Positions 38,231-51,351 of a DNA stretch of 53,825 bases are shown here, one piece after another. Source of the stretch: Octopus bimaculoides (taxonomy: Eukaryota); assembly GCF_001194135.2 (NCBI RefSeq), contig NC_068981.1, forward strand, positions 84,909,380 to 84,963,204, written 5' to 3'. The position numbers were made by a program, and so were the translations under genes. The notes under the pieces were generated by a model. It was not told the DNA's origin, ran no database searches, and saw only the letters and a program-made list of their open reading frames with translations. How positions within the stretch are numbered: the first letter of the stretch is position 1; each line of letters opens with the position of its first letter.

Positions 38231-39587
38231 GAGGGAAGTTAAGCTGGAATTCCAGAGGAGATTGATGGGCAATGATTTGGCCACCACTACTGACTCACTA
38301 ATGGGAGCGTGTTACAGTTCAGAACCGAAGCAACTAATAATCTTGGATACTACTTGATGGCATGAATTCTTCCTACCTAAAGCAGCTAGATTCAAATGTA
38401 AATGAAAATAAAACATCTTTTAGATATAATCAATATCATAATATATACATACATATATNNNNNNNNNNNNNNNNNNNNNNNNNNNNNNNNNNNNNNNNNN
38501 NNNNNNNNNNNNNNNNNNNNNNNNNNNNNNNNNNNNNNNNNNNNNNNNNNNNNNNNNNNTATATATATAAATCACGTAGATGAGGAGAAGTGTGCAAAGA
38601 AAATGCTCTGCATGTTACATCTCAATACTGCTTTTATCTTTGAGAAAGAAAAACCTTGGAAACTATATGCCATGATTTTAAAAAGAGAGACAGCGGAGAA
38701 AGAAACTTTGAAATCTCATATCGAAAATGCGCAGAGAAATTCATTTGTATTTAGCCCAAAATCTATGAGTTGACACTCCATTACTATATCAATCAGAGCC
38801 TTTTAATTGTAGCTTAGTCAGTACAAATACTCTATAACATATGTTTCAGTAGATTGAAATGCAGAGCTGAATATTTCAGGAGGAAGCAATCCTGCTTGCT
38901 TCAGTTTACGAGCTATCATTGTAGTAGACAAGCATTATAGTCTTCATTTCTCCTACTTTAATGACTAGCTGATTAATTGAAATATTTCTGCCAAGGAAGT
39001 AGTAAGCAAAAAAGTTAATTCAGGGTAACAAAGTGAATTTAGAGAATTTGGAAATATTTTTTAAAGTAAGTACAAAGAAATAAATTGACTAAATAATACA
39101 GTAATTAATGCAGATTCAAGTAGATGAGAACAGAGCTTCATATTTTTAAAAAGTGCCCAGCAAAGTTTGTCTCATATGCCTTTCTTAGGCGCATTAATGT
39201 GGTCGAAACCAGCTAGTGGATATAAACGGCCTGAAGCTTATCGCCTATACTCCAGAACTCACTACGTGCATGGTTCAAAGTGATAACTATATCAGAAATT
39301 TCAATGGTTAAACATGTCAATTTCGTACATTGGCGCGAAGTTAAACATTTTGATCGATTATACACAGGAACGCAAAGACTAGTATTTAACTGGTATTTAT
39401 TTCAGCAACCTTGGAAATATGGAAGGCATGTAATATAAAGCTCTGTTCTACCAATGCAACCATATTACAAATTTAAGAGACAGAGAATTTAGAATGTAAA
39501 TGCGAAAAAATTGTGTGTGCGATTAAAATCCAGTATAAACTATGCCTCAAAAGTTTTTTCACCCATGATAAAATAAAACGCCCACCA

Positions 39588-39675
<88 letters not shown>

Positions 39676-40124
39676 AAGAGAGAGAGAGAAAAAAGAGAAG
39701 GGAGTGACAGTGAGAAATAGAGACAACCTCTGAAATTGGTTTATATAAAGTAAGTATACCGAATGAATTATAAGGTTAAAAGAAAAATAGAAAAAAACAA
39801 AACAACAAAAAGGACGCACAATAGAAATCAATGTAACTAAACCAGCAGGAAAAATAGCATTTAAGTATCTCTTGAAACAAGTTTTATTCGAATTATCGTC
39901 ATCACCTTCAAAATCCTTAAGAGAAATGTGTCGTAAATACACAACGCAGTAAAATATTAGATTCTAAGCAAAATTTAGTTTTGATTTCAATTTGAGAAAA
40001 TTCTACCTTTCGTTTCCATGAAAATGTTCCTTTCTATCTCTATATCTCCTACCCTGTGCATTCATGATCACTAGTATGGAAATTAAAGATTATTCCTTTA
40101 AGTTTTCATTACTGCAAATATTGA

Positions 40125-40563
40125 TTTCAAATTTTAGTACAAGGCATGCAGTTTTGGGGTGCTGGACTAAGTCGATTAAACCAATTGGTATTTATTTTAT
40201 CGACCCCGGAAGGATGAAAGGCAAATTCGACCTAGGCAAAATTTGAACTTAGTACTAAAGACAGATTAAATACCGCAAGGCATTTTGCCCGACATGCTAA
40301 CGACTCTGCCAGTTTACCGCTTTCATCACTACAAACATTGATTACAAATATTGATTTCAAATTTTGGCACAAGGCCAACAAGTTCGGGGGGTGCGGGTAA
40401 GTCGATTACATCGATCCCCGTGCTTAACTTATTTTACTGACTCCTAAAGGGATGAATGGTGTAGTCTACCTCGGCGGAATTTGAACTCAAAGCATAAAGA
40501 CAGACGAAATGCCGCTAAGCATTTTGCCCGGCGTGCTAACGATTCTGCCATCTCACCGCCTTT
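40125..40563 (-). mobile_element. Two diverged SINE family A copies in tandem
   Basis: Copies at 40125-40322 and 40355-40563, bounded by three copies of an (a)ttacaaatattga-like sequence. Confidence 0.85.
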
Positions 40564-41109
40564 ATCATTACAAATATTGAAAATGTAATTACGAATTGAT
40601 TTCATTCCGAACTACAAAACAATAAGTATGAAAAATACTAATCCTCATTTTCCTATCCACTTCATACATATTTCAGTGAATCAATTCTCGTTATCACTTA
40701 TTCAGCTGTAGGTTTATTTCAGGAATATTTAGATTTATTCAGGAATTAGTAGTTGGTTGAATGTGACCGTAAACATATATAGAAACAATGCAGTCGATGA
40801 TAAAATTACAACATTGGGTTGAAACAAGTCAGGCAGAATTCTTTCTTCTGTCCAAGATATTTTATATTAACAAAAGTTTTTATATATATCTGGTATTAAA
40901 CTACGTTGACTAAGATCTATAAACATATGTTGTACAGTATAGTACAAACAGCATCATCTTTCGGGGGCAGATACCCTATTTTATAAGCTATCTTTTATTT
41001 TTTATGTCGGGCGCCGCCTTAAAAGGTCTTTAATAAAATTACAGTGACGTAAACAAACCGATACTAGTTGTCAAGCAGTTATTGAAGACAAAGACACACA
41101 CAGACATAT

Positions 41110-41930
41110 AATTTAGGGAAAAGGATTTGCACAATAGTGTCTGATGGAAATACTCGGGACCACCGTCTTCAAGACCTCAGAACAACACTAACTGAGACAC
41201 AATATCCACTCTCAGTTGTAGATGATGGAATTAAAGGTGCCAAGAAATGAGGCTTTAAATCACGAAGGGAAGCTAAACGTAACACTGCACTACATCTGAA
41301 AATACTACCGTATATATCAACTCACAACCCTAGGAAGAATGAGGCATACAACACTATTGTACAAAATCTACCTATGCTCACCAGGGATCCAAAAATGAAC
41401 AACATTCTGAAAAGAACATAAATTCGTCAAATGCAAAAAGCAAGTCAAATCGCTGAAAAGACTTCTGACAAATGCGAAGCTTTACACAACAACCACGAAA
41501 CCAATGGTTAAAAAATATGGATGTCCAAACTGCAGAATATGCCCAACCTACCGGAAGGCTCGGAATTCCTATTCAGGCAAGGAGAGAGTCACAATTAAAA
41601 CTAACTTCACTTATGTTTCCGAGAATCTATATGTTATAACATTTTTCAGGTTGTGGACATAACTATATAGCACGGAAAAGTATGGCTCTTAGTCGGAGAA
41701 CCACACTACATAAGGAACAGATCCGTTTCCCACAGTACAGACAGATTCCGTTGAATGAACACATACAGAGATTTACAGGTAATATCCAACCAAACGTCAC
41801 AGTTTACCCCGTCTACTAGTGCAAAGAAACAATTTCTGTCCAAGAACATTTAAATAAAGAAAATTTATTTATCGAAAAATACACAACACACCTAAATATT
41901 AGCGCATAACCAACTTAACCCTAACCCATC
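41110..41930 (+). mobile_element. 5'-truncated decayed Penelope-like element related to the 27755-30200 copy
   Basis: Remnants NLGKRICTIVSD, LPYISTHNPR, VKKYGCPNC and a GIY-YIG-like tail (GCGHNYI...HKEQIR...RQIPLNEHI...LNKENLFIEKY) collinear with 29370-30171. Confidence 0.8.
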
Positions 41931-42597
41931 ACTGTACATATTTCATCTCACTACTTTAACTTTTGAGTTTTTGTATAATTATTTATTACCCTCACAAAAA
42001 TGAGCAACTGCCTCCCCTGTCCCGAATAATAACGATCACCAATTACCGCCCCTTAGATGTTTCTACTTGTTGATTCATTCACAAACTTCCTTCCAAGAAC
42101 ATGGACTAAAATCCCCTTAAGAAAATACAAAATTACAATAATTTCAATGTCATGATCAACGAAAGCGAAACCGGCCGACAAACAATACACTTTCACTTAT
42201 AAAATATATTTAAAAATATATCAAAATTACGTAAGCTATGTACATATACAGCAAGATTCTTTCAGTTTCCGTTTTCCTAATCTACTCAGAAGGCTTTGGC
42301 CGGCGTGTGGCTAGAGTAGAAGGCATTTGTGCAAGGTGCCACACCACAAGACTGAACCAGGAGCCATATGGTTAGGATGCAAACGTCGTACTACACATCC
42401 AAACCTACGAATATTAATATTTTATTTTCTCTATTATTGGCTAATATCTATTGATTAGCCTATACTGTATAGACTGGTGTAAGCACCATGTTATATGAAA
42501 TATTTTCGTTGTCATAAAGAGAGACTAGCTGAACTAGTTTCAGTCATTTGTTTAGATTTCCTCAGCGGCCAAATGCACTTTTTTGCTTTGCAATCAT

Positions 42598-42800
42598 GAA
42601 GGCGGTGAGCTGGCAGAACCGTTAGCATGTCGGGTCAAATGCTTAGCAGCATTTACTCCGTCTTTACTTACTAAATTGAAATTCTGCCGAGGTCGACTTT
42701 TCCTTTCATCTTTTCGGGTTCAATAAAATAAGTATCAGTTGGTTTAATCGACCTAGCCCACCCCCAAAACTCCTGGCCTTGTACCAAAATTTGGAATTAA
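42598..42800 (+). mobile_element. SINE family A
   Basis: aggcggtgagctggcagaaccgttagc...ctttcatcttttcgggttcaataaaataagtatcag...ggccttgtaccaaaatt. Confidence 0.85.
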
Positions 42801-43339
42801 TATTTGCAGCGATGAAAACTTTAAGGAATAATTTAAAATTCCCATTATAGGGATCATGGATGCACAGTCTAGGACGTATCATCGAGATAGAGATTTTTTG
42901 TTATTTCGTCTTTTCTAAGGAATATTTTCATGTTTCAAAATGGTTACAAATTGAAATCAAAACTAAATTTTGCTTAGTATCTATTATTTTATTGCTTTGT
43001 GTATTTGCGATGATACTAATTTCTTTGATTTACTAGCCTGTAGGTCTGGCTAAGTCAAATTGTTTTTTTGTATTCTTCCTTTCTACTTGGAGAGTTTAAA
43101 TGTAGTTATAAAAATATGTCCTTCTGCTGAAATATAATTTCAGTAAATTTCTATATCTTTGTGCAGCTGATGATTGCTCTGCATTTTATATTTGTTGTAA
43201 TGTTCACATTGCTTAATTAAATGGAGTCGCATGAAACGTTTGTACTGCATTAACTTTGGATATCCTTGTTGCTTATTTTGACTATATATATATATATATG
43301 TAAGTGTTGATGTGTTTGTTTTTATGTCTGTGTTTGTCC

Positions 43340-43517
43340 CCCATCATCGATTGACAACTGATGTTGGTGTGTTTTCGCCCTCGTAACCTAACGGTTCGGC
43401 AAAAATGATACAATAAGCACTAGGCATTCAAAGAATAAGTCCTGGGTCGATTTCTTCGATTAAAACCTAGCATGGTGGGAATCAAATGACTGAAACAAGT
43501 AAAAGAATAAAAGAATA
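43340..43517 (+). mobile_element. SINE family C; related copies at about 45080-45275 (+), 19985-20110 (-), 41010-41095 (-)
   Basis: Shared blocks gtttacgtccccgtaactta.cggttcggcaaaa and tail agcatgg...aaatgactgaaacaagtaaaaga. Confidence 0.65.
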
Positions 43518-43849
43518 CACGCACACACACAAACACAAACACACACACAAACACAAACACACACACAAACACACACATATAGTTCTTGTATTCTTGTATT
43601 TGGTTTGCAAGATTCTTTATGTGAATTCGTGTGTTGAAGCATATTTTATTTTGTCTGGGGAGATTTCCACTCATTTGCTTATATATTTTTCTGGTTATGT
43701 ACACATCACTCTACGCACCGCATATGCTTGTTTACTCATACACATACACACGCACGGTCCCATACTTACATAGAAACATGCGCTCGCTCGCCCATACATA
43801 TGAACTCACACATCATCTTCACATACGTACATGCGATTGCGCGCCCACT

Positions 43850-44112
43850 TTAGCGAGGTCGCATTTATACCCCCACTTCCATTCAACCACTTCCTCCGAG
43901 TCGATTCCACATGTGAAACCGTTAGTCCAGGCACGTTTTACCCCCTCTCAGTTGTTTTACTCACTCTATTTTCTTTCTTACTACCTTTCTGCGGAAGAGC
44001 ATAGGCTCGAAACGTCAAAGCCTTTCCTATTTTCCCTGAGAGTCAAACTAATACACCTTGTTTGTTGTTTCCTTAGCTGCATGTGTCTTTTGCTTTTTGT
44101 ACATTTCGCACT
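43850..44112 (+). mobile_element. Solo Penelope-type terminal repeat without ORF
   Basis: Similar by eye to the reverse complement of about 51350-51560, including the hammerhead-like motif and the actaataca...gtttgtt...ctatata tail. Confidence 0.65.
43985..44020 (+). ncRNA. Minimal hammerhead-like motif in a solo Penelope-type terminal repeat
   Basis: CTTT-CTGCGGA-A-GAGC-ATAG-GCTC-GAAA-CGTC-AAAG. Palindromic ACGT stem III; position 6 is C instead of A. Confidence 0.55.
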
Positions 44113-44827
44113 ATATATATATATATATATATNNNNNNNNNNNNNNNNNNNNNNNNNNNNNNNNNNNNNNNNNNNNNNNNNNNNNNNNNNNNNNNNNNNN
44201 NNNNNNNNNNNNNNNNNNNNNNNNNNNNNNNNNNNNNNNNNNNNNNNNNNNNNNNNNNNNNNNNNNNNNNNNNNNNNNNNNNNNNNNNNNNNNNNNNNNN
44301 NNNNNNNNNNNNNNNNNNNNNNNNNNNNNNNNNNNNNNNNNNNNNNNNNNNNNNNNNNNNNNNNNNNNNNNNNNNNNNNNNNNNNNNNNNNNNNNNNNNN
44401 NNNNNNNNNNNNNNNNNNNNNNNNNNNNNNNNNNNNNNNNNNNNNNNNNNNNNNNNNNNNNNNNNNNNNNNNNNNNNNNNNNNNNNNNNNNNNNNNNNNN
44501 NNNNNNNNNNNNNNNNNNNNNNNNNNNNNNNNNNNNNNNNNNNNGGGCTAATGGTTAGGATCTTGCACTCACGATCACTAGTTCGTGGTTCGATTCTCTG
44601 ACTGGGTCACGCATTGTGTTCTTGGAGAAAGTTATTCATTTCACATCGCTCCAGTTTTCCTTCGATCAGGAGAGGCGAGAGATTGTTGGCCTACTCGCAT
44701 TACTAGCGGGGTGGCGTCATTGGAAGGCTAGAATAATGAAAAAGCGCATTGTGATCAGCGATGTATAACAACATCTGATAGCCTTGTTGGTCAAGTGATC
44801 ACTTGATATGTATCTATATATATATAC

Positions 44828-44861
<34 letters not shown>

Positions 44862-44911
44862 ATCGTTGGCGATTTTCTTTCTCTGTCTTACCTTCTTTGG
44901 ACGTTTCCTAC

Positions 44912-44946
44912 ATTTCTGATGAAGAGCTCCGCTCGAAACGTGAAAT
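44912..44946 (+). ncRNA. Minimal hammerhead-like motif, probably inactive
   Basis: ATTT-CTGATGA-A-GAGC-TCC-GCTC-GAAA-CGTG-AAAT. Canonical core but GTG at the cleavage triplet. Confidence 0.5.
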
Positions 44947-45418
44947 CTTCTTTCTTTTCTTTCCTTTCCTGAGCGTCCCAATAACACTGTACTTATTCCA
45001 CGTTCTCGGTTGTTGTTTTTTCGTGTTTTTCTTGCTTGTTCATGTTTGAATTGACTATATATATGTATATATATATGCGATTGTGTAAATTGTGTTTGCT
45101 CTCCGTCTTCGCTTGGCAACCAGTGGTGGTTTGTTTACGTCCCCGTAACTTAAGGATTCGGGAAAAAGAAACTCACAGAATAAATATCAAAGTGAGAAAT
45201 TAAGATTTGTTCGACGAAACCCTTCACGTCTGTGCCCCGACAGTCTAATGATCGAAATGAGTAAACGGTAGAAGATACGTACGTACTTGTTTGCGTGTAT
45301 TAGTGCAAAGTATGCGTGTGCATACGTTTATATACTCATATACATATATTGTACCTGTGTGTGTCTGTTAAGGTCGGTTGTGCATACAAGTCCATCCATT
45401 GTATGTATATATTCATGC

Positions 45419-45470
<52 letters not shown>

Positions 45471-45866
45471 NNNNNNNNNNNNNNNNNNNNNNNNNNNNNN
45501 NNNNNNNNNNNNNNNNNNNNNNNNNNNNNNNNNNNNNNNNNNNNNNNNNNNNNNNNNNNNNNNNNNNNNNNNNNNNNNNNNNNNNNNNNNNNNNNNNNNN
45601 NNNNNNNNNNNNNNNNNNNNNNNNNNNNNNNNNNNNNNNNNNNNNNNNNNNNNNNNNNNNNNNNNNNNNNNNNNNNNNNNNNNNNNNGAAGCAGATGTAG
45701 GGATAGGCAAGTTAGGTCAATATATAAAGTATATTAAATACACGAAATGCAAAAATTTTATATAAAAAGGTCCGACTTAGTATACAAATGATGTAGAGAA
45801 TTGAAGAGGTTGTGGGAAAATATTACAAATCCAACAGTTGTTTCTGGGGGCTTGGTGGATATATGT

Positions 45867-45907
<41 letters not shown>

Positions 45908-47489
45908 TGTGTGATAGAGAGAGAGAGAGAGAGTGAGAGTATTAAGCGTTCTTAAACTGCTAAAATAACTCTTTCGTTGCCAAAAATATTAGCACAACAC
46001 TCCATATTTCTAGTTTAGAGTTCATTTTGTTAAACCTTACATGAGAAATACAAAATATCTATTCCCATATTTATCTCAAATTTGTGAAATCTGAAAGAAA
46101 AATTTGTAAAGTTTCACCTAAGAAATAATTACATATAATTATTTAATGATAACGAGGTGAAAATGAAGTACGGAAAAAAACCAAAAGTAACCCATTATTT
46201 TGCCAAGTATATAGTAATGACCTCTTAAACCTTTGAAATAAACATTATTTTCATGCAGAAATACTCACAGTTAGATTGATAAGCTTTAACCTTGAAAAAA
46301 GAACAGCATTATTATTATTATTAATCAAATAATAGAGGCAACATGTTAAATATTGCGAAAAATATTTCAGTTATTTCCATCTCAGTTTTAAACTAAGTAA
46401 AATTTGTTTGTGAAGAGTGTCTAAAATATGAAACATGAAAAGCAGTGTCTTAGCATGGCCTTGACCATTTTAGCTAAAAGAAACTAAAGAACATATCAAT
46501 ATTTTAAAGCTTGTTAGGTTTAAATTTAATATGAAAAAGTACAAATGACATCAATTTATATTTTTAAAAAATTTATTTTCAAGTTCAAATGTACGTAAAA
46601 AACTTTAAAATTAAAGTGTAAAAAATAAAGATGTGAAAATTGTTATAAAGTAAAAAAAACTGTATATACTTTTTAAAGGGAATAAATATTAGTAAAACAG
46701 AATTGTAGGGGCTTTTCTTGCTCTTAAGCAGTACGTTTCAATTTAATTTTCGAAACAAAAACTGCACCAATTAAAAAGAACATACCAACATATTTATTTA
46801 GTTCCAAAGGATTTCAAAAAATCAACAATAAAAATAAAGACCTTTCTGGTGAAATTATTTATAATCGCTCTGTTTAATGAAACATCTAAGTAAATGCTAA
46901 CAATGAATCTTTCTTAAGGCAATCGCTCTTGTAAATATTGTCCATGATTTCATCCCATTTTAAAATTTTCTGTAAATGATTAATTTTAGTAACAACCAAT
47001 GTTTTGCAGAGAACTATCGCTTAAAATTTGCATTTCGACAGAACTCACATGCATATAGCACGAAGGGGAATTAGTTCTATTAATTACTGTTAGAATAATA
47101 TTTTTATTTATTGTTTTACTTTGTGGTTTCAACTCAAGCCAGCCTAAGAATTGTGAGAATTCATAAATCAAAACAATACTGCCTGAAATGTTGACAACTA
47201 ATTTCTGTGCCAATTGATTGGTGAAAGTCATTTCGAGCCATATCTAATTTCGGTCTTGTGACCTTCATGAGTTTTGAAGAGGAACTAATACTGATAACTT
47301 TCTTTATTGTTCGATGGGACAAATGTTGCTGAGAATAATAATAACACATTTTAGTATTTTGTAAATACATTTTCATATATTGTTTAGAATATATATATAT
47401 ATAAACAAACATACTTATAGCTCTAAATTCTCTTTAGAAAATAATATTATAAAATATAAAATGTAATGTAAACAACATTAGAGAGTCAA

Positions 47490-47654
47490 TTAACTAAGAT
47501 AAGATAAAACAATGGAAAAGACAACCAATACTGAGAATGCTTTACTCATACCAGAGCTGTTTCTATAGACTTTTCTTTGATTTATTGACTGAGGTGGTCG
47601 AAAATTTGATAGTGCCTTTCCATGACTATCTTTAGCCTTCCAAAACTTGTCCAG
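47490..47654 (-). CDS. Alpha-carbonic anhydrase, last exon with GPI-signal-like tail (not in the ORF track)
   Basis: Acceptor atattgcag, phase 0 matching the previous exon. Translates LDKFWKAKDSHGKALSNFRPPQSINQRKVYRNSSGMSKAFSVLVVFSIVLSYLS*, with the conserved NFRPxQ..N.R motif followed by small residues and a hydrophobic end. Confidence 0.9.
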   Translation of the reverse strand: MDKFWKAKDSHGKALSNFRPPQSINQRKVYRNSSGMSKAFSVLVVFSIVLSYLS

Positions 47655-48338
47655 CTGCAATATATTACAAGAGAGAATTTTTTATAAATATTAATATTAC
47701 TGTAATTTATGTTAATTTTGAGAATGGTGGAAAACATTATGCAATTAACTAATTAATCCTTTTCTTTCGTATCGAATTTAAAGTGATAACATCCTCGACT
47801 GAAGAATATCTGCTTGTCTATAATTATTATCTCTAGTTTATTTACACTCATACCAATGTCTATTAAAGGAGCCCTGTATATCTATAAGGGGGAAAAACAT
47901 GACAACGATACAAATTAGTGATATTGGTGCTGCTTATGTGCTCTCTTTTGAAAATTAGATGCGTTTATATAAACTAGTTTTAGATTCATTCCATAAGATG
48001 CTGTAGATAGGTGTATAAAGATCAGTACGCTTGGACATGCTATTTACATAAGATAGAAAATATGATACATATTTACTTGTATCAATATTCTAATTGGATT
48101 GTTGCTAGAAATATGATGGGATTTACGAACCGAACCTAAAATATATCCTTACACTACTTTTCGAGATATAAATAATTTCTTAAGTGAACTCAGACAATCC
48201 AAAAAGTAACCTCCAATATGAACAATTGACAAACGTAATTAGCTATTGTTGGCTGCTCTTTTTATCATGCTGCTTTAGATTATTTTACATTACTGTTGAT
48301 TCTTTTGCTTTTGAGATTTTAAGTCATTTTTCTAAAAT

Positions 48339-48532
48339 TTAACCTTTTAGCATTCTGTTTACTCATACTATTCAAAATAAATCATGCGTTATCTTTTAGC
48401 TTCATAATCTCAATGACGATATTTCTTATTTTTAGAATGACACTATAGAATAGATGTGATCTGACCAGTTTCAACATAAAACAGCTAAAATATTTGAGCT
48501 GGATACGGCCAGTTTAAATGCTAAAGAATTAA
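48339..48532. mobile_element. TTAA-flanked (piggyBac-type) MITE in the carbonic anhydrase intron
   Basis: TTAA-ccttttagcatt ... aatgctaaagaa-TTAA imperfect TIRs. Confidence 0.6.
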
Positions 48533-48644
48533 GATAGCACACCAAACTGCGGAGCTCTCTTGCAACATCAATCTGCAGCTACGATCATAAATCATTAAGT
48601 AAAATATCCATTAGCAAAATTGTTTGTGATTTTAGTTGGCTTAC

Positions 48645-48808
48645 CTGAGCCTGAGATATTGAGAGTGGCGTTTCATAAACGGTCCATATGACTGCTTCAG
48701 AGCAAGGAGGAGTTGTAAGGCTTCCATTGTATCGGAAATATTTGTTAGAATCAGTTGCCTCTGAAATCAAGCCCTTCAGATCGAATTCTTTTATACTCTT
48801 TCCCGAAC
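48645..48808 (-). CDS. Alpha-carbonic anhydrase, penultimate exon
   Basis: On the minus strand ctttcttag|exon|gtaagc, 164 bp. Translates GSGKSIKEFDLKGLISEATDSNKYFRYNGSLTTPPCSEAVIWTVYETPLSISQAQ, containing the alpha-CA signature Y-x-G-S-L-T-T-P-P-C-x-E-x-V-x-W. Confidence 0.93.
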
Positions 48809-49682
48809 CTAAGAAAGTAAAGCATGAATTTATATATTCTACAAACCAATCTTTAATGTTAGTTATGTATATTTTAAGAAGTTTTAAATGTATTCTTTTC
48901 AATAAATACATGTACAATATGCTGACATTTCTCAATAGGTTCCGTACTTTGCTTCATCTAGGGCTGTGAAGTTTAGCAAACAAATATGCACACAAAACAA
49001 GTTTTTTTTTTTGTATATATAGCTGGTGTTTAAAATATACTGTTATCTTAATGTAATTTTAAGTGATTGATAGTTCTATATAATTGTACTTAACTGATAT
49101 TCATATTTTTACTCAAGAGTTCCACATACAACTGGTTTAAATCGGAGTGATTTCTTAAAAATATCTACTCGTAAATAGCCAAAATATACACCCTCTTTTG
49201 GTAAGTGAGAACCTGTTAATAATTTCCTTAATGACTCAGAATCACGTATTATGTAAAAGACAAAACTGATCATTTACAGAAATTTAAAAAGTAAATCCGT
49301 TTGAAATATTTTTCTAATTTTTGTAACACTTATGATGCCTTAACTTGTACTAAACTACGAACAACTTTGTCCACTTGGTTGAAAATTACTACAGGCTAAG
49401 AACGACACACCGTTTTGCAAATGTTTAGTAAACTTCATATAGGAGATCAACAAACTATTCTACTTTATCACGAAAACCGATGTGCACTATCATTATTTTT
49501 TTATGTCAGAAGTTTTGTATGATACTGTGCCATTCCAATGTTTTCCAGGTCCACGTATGATTCACGGTTCTTTTATGCACCATACATTCTTCCTTGTTTG
49601 ACCAATGGGTTGTACACATGCCCGTTTATAAAGATGATAACTCCGCAATATGAGCGGAATAAAATGTGGATAAAATATATTC

Positions 49683-49745
<63 letters not shown>

Positions 49746-50163
49746 NNNNNNNNNNNNNNNNNNNNNNNNNNNNNNNNNNNNNNNNNNNNNNNNNNNNNNN
49801 NNNNNNNNNNNNNNNNNNNNNNNNNNNNNNNNNNNNNNNNNNNNNNNNNNNNNNNNNNNNNNNNNNNNNNNNNNNNNNNNNNNNNNNNNNNNNNNNNNNN
49901 NNNNNNNNNNNNNNNNNNNNNNNNNNNNNNNNNNNNNNNNNNNNNNNNNNNNNNNNNNNNNNNNNNNNNNNNNNNNNNNNNNNNNNNNNNNNNNNNNNNN
50001 NNNNNNNNNNNNNNNNNNNNNNNNNNNNNNNNNNNNNNNNNNNNNNNNNNNNNNNNNNNNNNNNNNNNNNNNNNNNNNNNNNNNNNNNNNNNNNNNNNNN
50101 NNNNNNNNNNNNNNNNNNNNNNNNNNNNNNNNNNNNNNNNNNNNNNNNNNNNNNNNNNNNNNN

Positions 50164-50235
<72 letters not shown>

Positions 50236-50589
50236 GTGAGTTGAAGGAAATAACATTTTAATGCTGAAAAATTGCAAACCTTGTGTCAGCTCAAAATTAA
50301 TGCAATGCAGATATAATACATTGAACGAAGAAGGGCTACAGTCTTACAGCAACAATCAGTGCATCTTTTCATATGCATATTACTAAGATGACAATTAAAT
50401 ATACACGAGTAGCCAAACAGATTCAAAGAACGTTCGGGATAAGAGGAAGGAAACCATGATGTTTCTATGTGGTCATTTGTACTCAGTTGTCTAGATTTTT
50501 ACTCCCAATTATGATCACCACATAGCGTGAATTAATGGCGAAAACTGAACCAATTCAACGACGCTATACAAAAAGATTTTTTCAACGAA

Positions 50590-50960
50590 ATGTTGAGCAA
50601 GGTTGAAAAGTTAACACTCTACTTCCTACAACATAGACAGGAAAGATATGTAAATGTCTGGAAGACTCTGGAAGACAGTGCATCAAATGTTGACATTGAA
50701 AGCTACACTAATCCACGAACATGGCAAGCACAATATAGCACCAAAGATTCCATCCCCTTCAAAGACCAGATACTGCATTAGCTTAGGGTTCTAACGCTTA
50801 CATCTTTCAATATCCTACCGAAAGCCTTTAGAAACCTACATAGTGTGGATGGAGGTGTTTTCAAAAGGCAATTGGATCTTCTACTCCTAGAAGGTGAGGA
50901 TTCTCCATCCCCCAGTACCATGTGTTTTGTGATTGTACGTGACCGGAGGGATGAAATCAT
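50590..50960 (+). mobile_element. 3' fragment of the same CR1/L2-group LINE
   Basis: LTLYFLQHRQERY..VWKTLE, SYTNPRT, FNILPKAFRNLHSVDGGVFKRQLDLLL. Confidence 0.7.
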
Positions 50961-51270
50961 GCCTCATCACTCATTTTTGTACCGGAACGGGTGTAGTTCA
51001 CCATTAACAATGCTATTCAAAAAACCATGTGCAATAAGTTACTCGTTTGCTCTTGCCATCTACTTAAACTTGTGAAATATATGGATTTAACTTTAGAATT
51101 TTCAACAACCGTTGGCGTGACCTCTTGCTTATGTGAGACTGCTGCAGAAATTTATCTGATGTTCGAACAGTAAGGTTTCTTTGTTTTGGGGCGTTGTGCA
51201 TTGATCCCGTAATGCGACACTGCTTAACCGATATTTGTATCGTTCTCTTTGTCAGTTAGCCTATACCCGG

Positions 51271-51349
<79 letters not shown>

Positions 51350-51351
<2 letters not shown>

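Noticed and set aside
42148-42182. catgatcaacgaaagcgaaaccggcc downstream of a Penelope relic
   Set aside because: May be a decayed hammerhead, but core and stems are too degenerate. The same applies to gaaacgta near 30415.
47161-47412. 83-aa minus-strand ORF as the carbonic anhydrase last exon
   Set aside because: No CA motif; the exon at 47490-47654 carries NFRPPQ and a stop, so this region is 3' UTR or downstream.
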